A stretch of 64,000 nt of DNA from an uncultured Acidimicrobiales bacterium (GCA_964451305.1 CAYVHV010000006.1:10820-74819), one strand, 5' to 3'. Positions 55,273 to 64,000 are shown, numbered from the stretch's first letter. The notes: generated by a model not told the origin, from the sequence alone. Translations and numbers: made by a program.

Positions 55273-56331
55273 ATGCCCTCATATAGAAGCTCTTTGTTCC
55301 TCTCGTCTGCCTTCTTTGGCGCTCTTGCGTTGAGCGCCTGCGGTGGGGGAAATGAAGTGACCGTGACCGCGGCCGATGGCACAACCCAGGTTGTCGAGGA
55401 CCCAACGATTCGGATCTACACCGGCCGGCACTACGACCTCGAAGAAGCGTTCGGCCAGTTCACCGAGGAAACCGGTATCAGTATCGAATTCCTGCCCGGC
55501 TCCGACGCGGAGCTACGCGAGCGAATTGCGGCGGAGGGTGAAGACACTCAAGCCGATATCTACATGACCGTTGACGCCGGCAACCTTGCCCAGGCTGCCG
55601 CGCAGGGCTTGTTTGCCGAAGTCGATTCCGATGTGCTCGACTCGTCGATCCCAGACAGCCTTCGAGATCCTGATGGCCAGTGGTTCGGACTGAGCCAACG
55701 CGCTCGAACCATCGTCTACAGCACCGAACGGCTCAGCGATGAAGAATTGCCAACCACCTATGCCGAGCTTGCCGATCCTGAATGGGAAGGGCGTGTGTGT
55801 CTGCGAACCTCATCTGATGCGTATACCCAATCATTGGTGGCGAGCTTGATCGGCGGCCGGGGCGAGGCCGAGGCGCTCGACATCGTGTCGGGGTGGGCTG
55901 ACAACGCCAACATCTTGTCCAACGATGTGATCGCGTTGAACTCGATCCGTGACGGTTTGTGCGATGTCGGTATCACCAATCACTATTACCTCGCTCGCGA
56001 GCTGGAGGAAGACCCGAACTATCCGGTCGGCTTGTTGTGGGCAGACCAAGACGATGGCGGCACCCACGTCAACATCTCTGGAGCGGGTATTACCCGACAC
56101 GCCGATGACCCCGAACTTGCGCGATTGCTCATCGAATGGCTTGCGACCGAGGGCCAGAGCGTGTTTGTCGACGGGAACCACGAGTTCCCGGTGAATCCTG
56201 ACGTTCCTGTAGTGAGCATCGTCGAGGAGAACTTCGGCTCTGACTTCGTTACCGATGACCTCAGTGCAGCGACTTGGGGTGCGCTCAACGCCGACGCCGT
56301 CGCGGTTCTCGATCAAGCGAGCTACGAGTGA
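55273..56331 (+). CDS. Fe(III) ABC transporter substrate-binding lipoprotein (FbpA/AfuA type)
   Basis: Lipobox GALALSAC. IRIYTGRHYDLEEAF and ADIYMTVDAGNLAQAA are typical of ferric-binding proteins. Confidence 0.85.
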   Translation: MPSYRSSLFLSSAFFGALALSACGGGNEVTVTAADGTTQVVEDPTIRIYTGRHYDLEEAFGQFTEETGISIEFLPGSDAELRERIAAEGEDTQADIYMTVDAGNLAQAAAQGLFAEVDSDVLDSSIPDSLRDPDGQWFGLSQRARTIVYSTERLSDEELPTTYAELADPEWEGRVCLRTSSDAYTQSLVASLIGGRGEAEALDIVSGWADNANILSNDVIALNSIRDGLCDVGITNHYYLARELEEDPNYPVGLLWADQDDGGTHVNISGAGITRHADDPELARLLIEWLATEGQSVFVDGNHEFPVNPDVPVVSIVEENFGSDFVTDDLSAATWGALNADAVAVLDQASYE

Positions 56332-56332
56332 G

Positions 56333-58015
56333 TTGAGTGTTATCGCTCCTCCGGAGCCCAGAAGCGTCGGCGATTCACGTCAGCCTCGATTAGGTCGGAA
56401 CAGCGGTTGGAGCTGGCCGACCTTTTCGGTCGTTTTGGCGATCCTCGTCGCGATACCCGTGGGGCTGCTGGCAGTAAGCATTCTTCAGCCGAACGTCGAG
56501 GTGTGGCAGCGCCTGTGGGAGACACGGCTTCCAGGCCAGCTGTACGAAACTGGCGTGTTGCTCGTCGGCGTGAGCTTCTTCTCGCTCGTCGTTGGCTCCT
56601 CGCTCGCGTGGCTGGTATCGGCCTATGAGTTTCCTGGGTCGAAGTTCTTTGGCTGGATCCTGATCGCGCCGCTTGCGATGCCGTCCTATGTGCTGGGCTT
56701 TGTTGCGCTGTCGGTGATTGGCTTTACCGGACCGATCCAAAATTGGTGGCGAGACGTCTTTGGGCAGGACGCATGGTTCCCGCCGGTTAGGTCGCTCGGA
56801 GGAGCGATCTTCGTCTTCACGCTCGTCCTCTATCCGTACGTCTTCTTGTTGGCTCGAACCGCTCTCGCCGATCAAGCCGGGGGAGCCTACGAGGTTGCGA
56901 GGAGTCTTGGTGCGGGTCCGGTCGAAGCTGCTCGTCGGGTGATGATGCCCCTTATGCGCCCGGCGCTCGCTGCCGGTACGTTCATCGTCGCAATGGAAAC
57001 GCTCACCGATTTTGGCACGGTGCAATACTTCGGTATCGATACGGTCTCTGTCGGTGTGCTCCGCATTTGGAGAGGCTCATTCGACCTCGACGCAGCGTCA
57101 GAGTTTGCGACACTCGTGCTCGGCGTTGCGTTGCTCATCATTGCGCTCGAACGGCTGGGGCGGGGTAAGGCAAAATTCGGTGAAGCTGCAGGAGCCGCCT
57201 CTGGCTTGCGTACACGGCGCCTTTCCGGCGGTCGCGCATGGGCAGCGACCGCGGTGTGTCTGTCCGTGCTGTTCATGAGCTTTCTCGCACCCGTGGCCCA
57301 GTTGGTCAGCTGGGCTGTCCAAGAAGCGGCGAGTGATCGCGGAACGCCGTTGCTCGGCAGGTTCCTCGAGTTCTTAGGTAACTCGGTGTTGCTTGCGCTG
57401 ATCGTCGCTGCGGTGTGTTTGGTGGCTGCGGGTCTCCTCGCCAATGCGCAGCGGTTCTCATCGAAGAGTTCGGTCAAGGTCGCCGCACGGGTGGCTTCGA
57501 TTGGCTACGCGATTCCAGGTCCCGTCGTCGCTATCGGTGTCGTGTTTGCTTTGGTCGCACTCGATGACGGCCTCGAAGTCATCGGCTTGGGCTTGCCTGG
57601 GGCGGTTGCAACCGGAGGATTGATTGGTTTGGTATACGCCCAAGCCGTGCGCTTCCTCGCTCCAGGCGTAAGCGCGATCGAGGCTGGGGTAGAGCAAGTT
57701 CCCGAAGAGGTGACCTACGCTGCCCGCTCGCTTGGTGCGAGACCTCTTAGCATTATGGGACGGGTCCATTTGCCTCTCGCCCGCACGAGCGTGGCGACCG
57801 GTATCGTCCTCGTTGCCGTCGATGTCTTGAAGGAGTTGCCAATCGTGTTGTTGTTGCGCCCGATTGGTTTCGACACGCTGTCGGTTTGGACGTTCAATCT
57901 TGCGAACGAGTCTCGCTTTGAACAGGCTGCGCTCCCTGCGCTTGCGATCGTCGTTGTCGCGCTCATTCCGGTGGCATTGCTCTCGCGCCAGCTCGCACGA
58001 ACTAGCGGGAGGTGA
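56333..58015 (+). CDS. Fe(III) ABC transporter permease (duplicated TMD, FbpB type)
   Basis: Two tandem BPD-transporter halves (ARSLGAGPVEAARRVMMPL and ARSLGARPLSIMGRVHLPL EAA loops). The start is uncertain: TTG 56333, or ATG 56255 overlapping the binding-protein gene. Confidence 0.8.
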   Translation: MSVIAPPEPRSVGDSRQPRLGRNSGWSWPTFSVVLAILVAIPVGLLAVSILQPNVEVWQRLWETRLPGQLYETGVLLVGVSFFSLVVGSSLAWLVSAYEFPGSKFFGWILIAPLAMPSYVLGFVALSVIGFTGPIQNWWRDVFGQDAWFPPVRSLGGAIFVFTLVLYPYVFLLARTALADQAGGAYEVARSLGAGPVEAARRVMMPLMRPALAAGTFIVAMETLTDFGTVQYFGIDTVSVGVLRIWRGSFDLDAASEFATLVLGVALLIIALERLGRGKAKFGEAAGAASGLRTRRLSGGRAWAATAVCLSVLFMSFLAPVAQLVSWAVQEAASDRGTPLLGRFLEFLGNSVLLALIVAAVCLVAAGLLANAQRFSSKSSVKVAARVASIGYAIPGPVVAIGVVFALVALDDGLEVIGLGLPGAVATGGLIGLVYAQAVRFLAPGVSAIEAGVEQVPEEVTYAARSLGARPLSIMGRVHLPLARTSVATGIVLVAVDVLKELPIVLLLRPIGFDTLSVWTFNLANESRFEQAALPALAIVVVALIPVALLSRQLARTSGR

Positions 58016-59094
58016 GCGCAGTGGGTCGTGAGAACGCTGAAAGCTCTGGAGACAACGGGTCGGTTCGTCCGCTCGACGTATATGGATTAGTAAAGCGATT
58101 TGATGATGTCGTTGCGGTCGACGATGTCGATGTCACCCTCGAAGACGGTGAACTGCTCGCGCTCGTCGGCCCGAGTGGTTGCGGCAAATCTACCTTGCTG
58201 CGTTCCATTGCTGGGCTGATCGAACCTGAAGCGGGGACGATTACCCTCGGCGGAGTTCTGGTTGATGATGGGAAGCGCCGGCTCCCTCCCGAGCAGCGTT
58301 CAGCAGGTCTTGTGTTTCAGGAACATGCGCTGTTTCCGCACCTGAGCGTCGACGACAATGTCGGGTTTGGTCTTCGTGAGCTGTCGGGTGCAGGCAAGCA
58401 AGCCCGAATCGCCGAAATGCTCGAGCTCGTCGACCTTGCAGATCTTGGCGAGCGCTATCCACATGAACTCTCCGGTGGTCAGCGCCAACGCGTCTCGCTC
58501 GCTCGAGCAATGGCGCCGGGGCCCGACATCATGTTGTTCGACGAACCATTCGCAAGCCTCGACCCGAATCTTCGGGTGCAGCTGCGTCATCAAGTAAGCG
58601 AGGTGTTGCGAGAAACGCAGACCCCCGCAGTCTTTGTTACCCACGACCAACGCGAAGCTCTAGCGATGGGGGACCGTATTGCGGTCATGAATCATGGAAA
58701 GATCGAACAGGTCGGCTCTGCCGAGCAGATCTTCCATTCCCCAACGAATCAGTTCGTCGGGGCATTCATGGGCGAGGCGAACTTCTTGCCAGTCACCGAG
58801 GAATCGGGTGGGCTGGTCAGCTCTCTTGGCATGATCGATGCCGAAGGCAGAGCAACGACCGGCGCTGTTGCCATGACGCGGCCAGACGATGTCGAGTTCG
58901 TTGCGTCTGCCGGCGGGACCTCGACGGTGGTGGGGGCCGACTACACCGGAACGCACTGGTTGGTCCGGGTACGACTGGACTCGGGCGAACAGATTCAACT
59001 GCTCACGTCGCACCTCGATACGCCGCAAGCCGGGACGAAGGGCGACGTATCGCTCGTGCCGGGACATCAGCAGGTACTGGTCCCGCTCGTGTAG
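58012..59094 (+). CDS. Fe(III) ABC transporter ATP-binding protein (FbpC type)
   Basis: GPSGCGKSTLLR, LSGGQRQRVSLARA, MLFDEPFASLD, and a C-terminal TOBE-like domain. Confidence 0.9.
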   Translation: MSAVGRENAESSGDNGSVRPLDVYGLVKRFDDVVAVDDVDVTLEDGELLALVGPSGCGKSTLLRSIAGLIEPEAGTITLGGVLVDDGKRRLPPEQRSAGLVFQEHALFPHLSVDDNVGFGLRELSGAGKQARIAEMLELVDLADLGERYPHELSGGQRQRVSLARAMAPGPDIMLFDEPFASLDPNLRVQLRHQVSEVLRETQTPAVFVTHDQREALAMGDRIAVMNHGKIEQVGSAEQIFHSPTNQFVGAFMGEANFLPVTEESGGLVSSLGMIDAEGRATTGAVAMTRPDDVEFVASAGGTSTVVGADYTGTHWLVRVRLDSGEQIQLLTSHLDTPQAGTKGDVSLVPGHQQVLVPLV

Positions 59095-59099
59095 GTCGC

Positions 59100-59771
59100 C
59101 TACGCGGTCGTCACCAAGATTCGTGAGCTCGCAAACTCGCCAACACCTACGTGGGCGCCGTTGATCTCGATCGTTGTCGTGCCATCAGGTGATTGCGCCG
59201 TGACCTTGCCGGTGTTGCCAGGCACGATTGCTGCGCCCTCAAGGAACTCGAGCATTCCATCGCGATATTCGAGCTCCTCGGGGATTCGCTCGACTCGGAA
59301 TCCGTTGCCGGTCTCGATGTCTTGCAGAGCAGCACTGCGCTCAGGTTCTTCGTACCCGGCGCCAGGGATTGGGTTGCCGTGGGGGCATGTGGTCGGATCT
59401 TCCATGATCCGCACGAGTGCCGCTTCGACATCGGGGGAGATGACGTGCTCCCAACGGCCAGCTTCATGGTGGGCTTGGCTCCACGAGAGACCCAGTACAT
59501 CGGTAAGGAATCGCTCGGCAAGACGATGGCGGCGTACGACTTTGGTTGCGAGCTGCTGACCCTCGGGAGTGAGGGAGATATCGCTGCCCTTGACGCCGAC
59601 GAGACCTTCGCGCTCCATTTTGCGGATCATCTCTGATACCGCAGGGCGCGAAACGTCGAGGCGCTCTGCAATTCTCGCCTGAATGATGTCGACGTCGTCT
59701 TCTGCAAGTTCGAAGATCGCCTCGCAGTATTCCTCGAAAGCGGGGTGGAATTCAGGTGTCTCGTAGGCCAT
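59100..59771 (-). CDS. ideR: iron-dependent repressor, DtxR/IdeR family
   Basis: EEYCEAIFELAEDDVDIIQARIAERLDVSRPAVSEMIRKMEREGLV, RRHRLAERFL, HHEAGRWEH, and a C-terminal SH3-like domain. Start set at MAYETPEF. Confidence 0.9.
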   Translation of the reverse strand: MAYETPEFHPAFEEYCEAIFELAEDDVDIIQARIAERLDVSRPAVSEMIRKMEREGLVGVKGSDISLTPEGQQLATKVVRRHRLAERFLTDVLGLSWSQAHHEAGRWEHVISPDVEAALVRIMEDPTTCPHGNPIPGAGYEEPERSAALQDIETGNGFRVERIPEELEYRDGMLEFLEGAAIVPGNTGKVTAQSPDGTTTIEINGAHVGVGEFASSRILVTTA

Positions 59772-59880
59772 GAGCAGAGTATAACCCACCCGTTGGAATG
59801 GGGGATACTCAAAGTTGGGGCCAGATACAGGCGGTGTTAGGTGCTCTTGAGAAGTCTGACAAAAAGACCTTGTCGAGATA

Positions 59881-59899
59881 TTAGGCATGCTTTACAGTC
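59881..59899. promoter_or_regulatory. second copy of the TTAGG-N3-GCTTTAC motif
   Basis: TTAGGCATGCTTTACAGTC lies 110 nt upstream of the ideR start and overlaps the ATG of the 103-aa Cys-rich ORF. Confidence 0.2.
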
Positions 59900-60204
59900 T
59901 GACTATGCGGACACCATCACTCACTCCTTCACCATCCATTCCCACAGCCTCAGCACTCTCGGCTTCGCTGTCTGGGTCGACGATGTCTACGCCGGTACCG
60001 ACGTACCTGAGCGCTGATGGTGACCGGTGGTCGGCGAGCAACATTGTTTGGGTGCACGGGTGTCTCGAATGTGGCGAGTTGAATCTTCGATCCTTCTGGG
60101 GGTCGTCGTTCCTCGCCCAATGTCATTCGACGCCGTGCCAAGGCTGTGGCTGTCCGCAGATGGCGATCTGCCCAGTGCAGCTACCCGCGACCCACTAGGG
60201 CTGT

Positions 60205-60558
60205 TTACGCAGCCTTTTTCAGGCGTTTTGCCGCACGTGTGCGTTGCTTGCCGGTCAACTCTCGTGAACGCAGGCGCTTGGACGGCTTCGCCTTCTTGCC
60301 AGCCGCTACTCGAACGGCGGACTCGACGACATCACGCTGGGCTTTCTCCGAGCGCAAGTCTTCGAACCATCGAGGCCCATCATCGTCGACCAAAACAACC
60401 GTTGGTCCGACGCAGCTTCCTTGACAGGCAACGTCGATCGCGACAAGGCCCTGCTTCTCAAAGCGCTTCTCGAGTTTCTTATACGCCTTCTTCTGTTTCT
60501 TGGCGCAACCCTTGCCATTGCAGAGCAGTAGGCAGTCTGGGCCTTTCGTGTTTGGCAT
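60205..60558 (-). CDS. thioredoxin-like [2Fe-2S] ferredoxin-family protein with a Lys/Arg-rich tail
   Basis: Four Cys in the pattern CLLLCNGKGC...CQGSC. Basic C-terminus. Start set at MPNTKGPD. Confidence 0.55.
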   Translation of the reverse strand: MPNTKGPDCLLLCNGKGCAKKQKKAYKKLEKRFEKQGLVAIDVACQGSCVGPTVVLVDDDGPRWFEDLRSEKAQRDVVESAVRVAAGKKAKPSKRLRSRELTGKQRTRAAKRLKKAA

Positions 60559-60713
60559 GCTGAACAGAGTATACATGCCTAGGTGACTTTCTCGCATCAA
60601 GCGTTCTAGTCTGATCGGACTAGTATGGACGTAGTGGATCGAACGTGATTACAGGGGAGAGACCTCGCATTGAGTTTGGTGGCCGTAAGTTTGGTGGCGG
60701 TGAGGCGGTGGCG

Positions 60714-62180
60714 ATGAGACGACTACAGGGTGCGATCTTTGTCGTTGTGCTGATCACCTCACTCCTCGGCATCGGCGTGCGAGCAACCTATGGAGCGCAG
60801 GTCAGCGCTGACGAACCGCAATACCTCCTCACCGCAATCAGTCTTGGCGAAGACCTCGATCTCGATATCAGCGATGAGCTCGCAGAAGAGCGGTTTCGAG
60901 ACTTCCACGAGGTGAACCTCAGCCAGCAGACGATCGACCTGACGTCTGATGGACAGCGCATCAGCCCGCACGACCCGCTGCTTCCGATCATTCTCGCGGG
61001 ACCAGTGTTGCTCGGTGGATGGGAGGCGGCGAAGGCAACGTTGTCGGTCATTGCGGCGCTCACCGCAGTCGCCACCTTCGTGCTAGCCGTCAGGCGATTC
61101 GACGTGACTCCGCGAATCGCAGCGGTGGTAACGGCCACTTTCTTCGTCGCCGCGCCGTTTACCGCCTACGGAACGCAGGTGTATCCAGCGATGCCCGCAG
61201 CGCTCGCAACGGTCCTGGGTGTCTATGGGGTCACCGGCCCGTTGGCCACGCGAACATCGGCGATTGCCGTCACGAGCGTCGTTGCGTTGCCATGGCTCTC
61301 GGTGAAGTACGTGCCAATCGCCGCAGTGATCGGCATTGCAATGCTCGTGCGGCATTGGGTTGGAGGAGACCGTCGAGGGTTCCTTCTTTTCGGGGGCGTG
61401 CTCGGCGTTGCCGGAGTGATGTACCTCGCCGTTCATCAGCGTGTGTGGGGAGGGTGGACGGTTTACTCGGCCGGCGACCACTTCGTGACCGGTGAATTCG
61501 AGGTCGTAGGCACGAACCCCAATTACGTCGCGCGAACCAACCGTCTTGTTGGCTTGCTCGTCGATCGCTTCTACGGAGTGGCAGCGTGGGCGCCTGGCTT
61601 CTTGTTGATGCCTGCCGGAGTGCTCGCCACCTATGTTCATGGTCCTCGCAAGCGCTGGTTGCCCAACGCCGATGCTTTCGTCGTGCTCTCAACGATCGCT
61701 GCCGGGTGGGCAGTAGCTACCTGGGTTGCATTGACGATGCACGGATGGTGGTGGTCGGGTCGGCAGATCGTCCCAATCCTGCCTCTCGTCGTCGTCGGTA
61801 TCTCGATCTTGGTTCAGCGTCTGCCAAAGCTTCGGGTTCCCGTGGTGCTTTCCGGCGCATTAGGGGTTCTCAATTGGTTTTGGCTCGCATTCGAAACGTC
61901 CACTGGCCGATTGGCGCTGATCGTCGACCATGAAGAGACGTCCAATCCCATCTTTCAGATGTGGGCGCAGTTTCTGCCCGATCACCGAGTCGATGCCTTC
62001 GGCGATCAGTTGATGACCGCTGGTTGGGGTGTGCTCTTTGCATTAAGTGTTGGCGCGACGTGGCGGGCACTCCGGACGACAACCTCGGTCTCGGCCGACT
62101 TCGGTGCCGATGCTGACGGCGTCGTCGATCAGGTTCAAGAGTCGAGTCGCGATTCTGCGCTTGTCTCGGCAGGACGCTAG
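60714..62180 (+). CDS. GT-C-fold (ArnT/PMT-like) membrane glycosyltransferase candidate
   Basis: A DEPQY motif in the first extracytoplasmic loop (compare the DE..Y loop I recall in ArnT/PMT-type enzymes) and more than 10 TM helices. GTG 60645 is an alternative start. Confidence 0.55.
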   Translation: MRRLQGAIFVVVLITSLLGIGVRATYGAQVSADEPQYLLTAISLGEDLDLDISDELAEERFRDFHEVNLSQQTIDLTSDGQRISPHDPLLPIILAGPVLLGGWEAAKATLSVIAALTAVATFVLAVRRFDVTPRIAAVVTATFFVAAPFTAYGTQVYPAMPAALATVLGVYGVTGPLATRTSAIAVTSVVALPWLSVKYVPIAAVIGIAMLVRHWVGGDRRGFLLFGGVLGVAGVMYLAVHQRVWGGWTVYSAGDHFVTGEFEVVGTNPNYVARTNRLVGLLVDRFYGVAAWAPGFLLMPAGVLATYVHGPRKRWLPNADAFVVLSTIAAGWAVATWVALTMHGWWWSGRQIVPILPLVVVGISILVQRLPKLRVPVVLSGALGVLNWFWLAFETSTGRLALIVDHEETSNPIFQMWAQFLPDHRVDAFGDQLMTAGWGVLFALSVGATWRALRTTTSVSADFGADADGVVDQVQESSRDSALVSAGR

Positions 62181-62193
62181 CTAGAGTGCGGGC

Positions 62194-62640
62194 ATGACCA
62201 ACGAGCACGACACGATCGACGAACAACAAGTAATCGGCAAGCTCAACGCAATTCTCGAAGCTGAGCTTGCCGGGGTAGTTCGCTACACGCACTATTCGCT
62301 GATGATTACCGGCCCTCACCGGATTCCGCTGGTGGACTTTATGAAAGCGCAGGCCACTGAGTCGTTGCTCCACGCGCAGCAGGTAGGCGAGATTTTGACC
62401 GGGCTCGGGGGACATCCGTCGACCGGTATTGCCGAAATAGAAGAGACCAACCAGCACGACATTCGTCCGATTCTCGAAGAGAGTCTGCAGCACGAACTCA
62501 CTGCGGTGACGCTCTACCGCGACCTCCTGGCTTCTGTCGAAGGTAAGTCGGTGTTCCTCGAAGAATACGCCCGAGGGCAAGTGGCGACCGAGGAAGAGCA
62601 TCAGCTCGAGTTGCGCAAGATGCTCCGAGATTACGCATAG
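62194..62640 (+). CDS. ferritin-like / bacterioferritin-family protein
   Basis: VIGKLNAILEAELAGV, LQHELTAV and TEEEHQLEL fit the Bfr-type four-helix diiron pattern. The first E..H spacing is atypical (ESLLH). Confidence 0.65.
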   Translation: MTNEHDTIDEQQVIGKLNAILEAELAGVVRYTHYSLMITGPHRIPLVDFMKAQATESLLHAQQVGEILTGLGGHPSTGIAEIEETNQHDIRPILEESLQHELTAVTLYRDLLASVEGKSVFLEEYARGQVATEEEHQLELRKMLRDYA

Positions 62641-63001
62641 TCGCTTCCGGCTAGATACCTGAACCAGCGGGTTGGGCGAGTGCGTCCAGAGTGGGGATTG
62701 TTTGTCGCGCTCTGGAGGCTGTGGAGTGTCCGCCGCTTTGACGCGCTCAGAGTTGAAAACTTCGCCTTGCGTTCACTGTTAGGCAGCCACATCGGTAGAG
62801 CGAACCCCCGAGATGGGGTGGCAAAGCCGCTGTTCCGTCGAGGCTTTAGATGGCGGACCCTTCTTCGTACCGCCCCCACCAGCCGAGGGCGAGTACCTGG
62901 GACAACGTCTCATCGAGAGCTAGCTCGTCTGGGCGCCGATCACGGTGCCTAGACCATGACAACGTGCTGGGGGCGATGTTGAACCGGTACCGTAGCCAAC
63001 T

Positions 63002-63565
63002 ATGAGCCTTCGTGGGGTTGCTCTGGCCATTTCTGATGTCTTCTTTGACGAGCTCGCCGTAAGTAACGCGGGTGTTGTGCCGCTCGATCGTCCGGTGATC
63101 TTGGCGGCAAATCATCATTCGGGCCTGATGGACGCAATGATGCTCTACGCTGCCACTCCGCGCGATCTGCGCGCTGTTGGGAAGTCGACGCTGTGGAAGA
63201 TCTGGCCGCTCCGACCGTTCCTCGCGGCTGGCCGGGTCATTCCCATCTACCGTCAAAAGGATGGCGGCGGCGATAACGCACAGGCATTTGCAGCGGTCAC
63301 CGAGGCGCTCGTCGACGGAGGAGCGGTCGGCGCCTTTGCCGAAGGTGTTTCTCACGACGGCACCCGCGCACATTCATACCAATGTATTGGGCCCCATCAG
63401 GTTGGCTCGGGTACGACCTGTCCGGATCACCGGACTGGGATGAAGTCGCCGAGCTCGTCGAAGACTCCTTTCGCCTCACCGCAAACAAAACCCAGATCAC
63501 AGCTCTCGACGAGCGCTAACGGCGAATTTTCTCCGATCATCACAGGCGAGTCTCGCCGCCGGTGA
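63002..63565 (+). pseudogene. PlsC-family acyltransferase, N-terminal ~120 aa only, then a non-homologous tail
   Basis: NHHSGLMD (HX4D motif), GKSTLW and FAEGVSHD (motif III) are present up to about 63360. The rest of the ORF (SYQCIGPHQVGSGTTCPDHRTG...) has no acyltransferase character. Confidence 0.5.
63361..63519 (+). pseudogene. C-terminal fragment of a YjbR/MmcQ-like gene (different frame from the PlsC-like ORF)
   Basis: This frame reads HPRTFIPMYWAPSGWLGYDLSGSPDWDEVAELVEDSFRLTANKTQITALDER-stop. That is typical of the C-terminal third of actinobacterial YjbR/MmcQ proteins. There is no start codon or N-terminal part here. Confidence 0.45.
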
Positions 63566-63616
63566 GCGCCCAAATCGTCCATGTCACGATCGAGGCGGCT
63601 CGCCCGTCGAGATTGT

Positions 63617-64000
63617 ATGGAAACGAAACAGCCAGCTCGAGAACCCGCCGATGTTGCGATCATCGGAGGTGGTCTCGCCGGCCTGACCGCAGCATCGACT
63701 GTGGCCGCCGGCGGATGTCGTCCGATCGTCTACGAACGTCGGCGCGATATCGGAGGGGACGCTCGCAGCACGTCTAGTGAGGGCTTCATCTTCAATCAGG
63801 GGCCGCACGCGCTCTACCGGGGTGGGCCTGCGGAACGAATCCTGAGAGAGCTTGGTGTGAAGCTGCGCGGCGGCGTGCCACCGGTGAAGGGCCGAATGGT
63901 TCTAGAGGGGGAGATGCATATCGCTCCTAACGATGGAACTTCATCTCGTCCAGGCGAACGGTCAGTTCGCTGCCTATATGACCAACCATGGCGAGCCATA
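63617..64000 (+). CDS. NAD(P)/FAD-dependent oxidoreductase, N-terminal part (runs off the right edge)
   Basis: METKQPAREPADVAIIGGGLAGLTAASTVAAGG...FIFNQGPHALY. Absent from the ORF track because it is open-ended. Confidence 0.75.
   Translation, partial: METKQPAREPADVAIIGGGLAGLTAASTVAAGGCRPIVYERRRDIGGDARSTSSEGFIFNQGPHALYRGGPAERILRELGVKLRGGVPPVKGRMVLEGEMHIAPNDGTSSRPGERSVRCLYDQPWRAI

Noticed and set aside
60660-60705. Direct repeat agtttggtggc x2 near the GT-C gene start, and a 6-bp inverted repeat ctagtc...gactag at 60607-60624.
   Set aside because: They are too short to distinguish from chance, and they fall inside the possible N-terminal extension of the ORF.
62641-63001. A 360-nt gap after the bfr-like gene. 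I looked for an ncRNA or a mobile-element remnant; the minus frame reads ...FNIAPSTLSWSRHR..., vaguely HTH-like.
   Set aside because: No convincing secondary structure, no repeat, and no extended similarity to transposase or integrase motifs. The ORFs here are short and of odd composition.

Overview
High-GC bacterial chromosome segment whose gene content looks Actinomycetota-like: ClpS plus DUF2017, IdeR/DtxR, DUF4031, and an LAxTG sorting signal. It is densely coded and mostly housekeeping. I saw no rRNA, CRISPR array, integrase or transposase. Main blocks, left to right: (1) TetR, cytochrome P450, a NarL-type two-component pair and an acyltransferase-3. (2) Tpx, then a membrane protein, an FHA protein and a PPC-domain protein. 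(3) tRNA-Glu followed by a 2032-aa wall-anchored protein with an LAFTG signal. (4) clpS, then a Bacillus-style cta locus: ctaA, ctaB and ctaCDEFG encoding a caa3-type oxidase. (5) serS, guaB, two crcB genes, pdxH, TlpA/CcdA, orn, dut, Mrp, ErpA and RidA. (6) DUF1015, a fused PabB-PabC, an envelope-glycosylation set, an Fe(III) ABC transporter, IdeR and a bacterioferritin-like gene. The most unusual content is three intact genes wedged between ctaB and ctaC. They encode paralogues of oxidase subunits I and III in which every canonical metal-ligand histidine I could align is replaced, plus a CtaF-like membrane protein. Second, two halves of a YjbR/MmcQ-like gene lie about 16.9 kb apart, and each is fused to a fragment of another gene, which suggests a translocation or an assembly chimera. 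All homology calls were made by eye from the translations. None was checked against a database.
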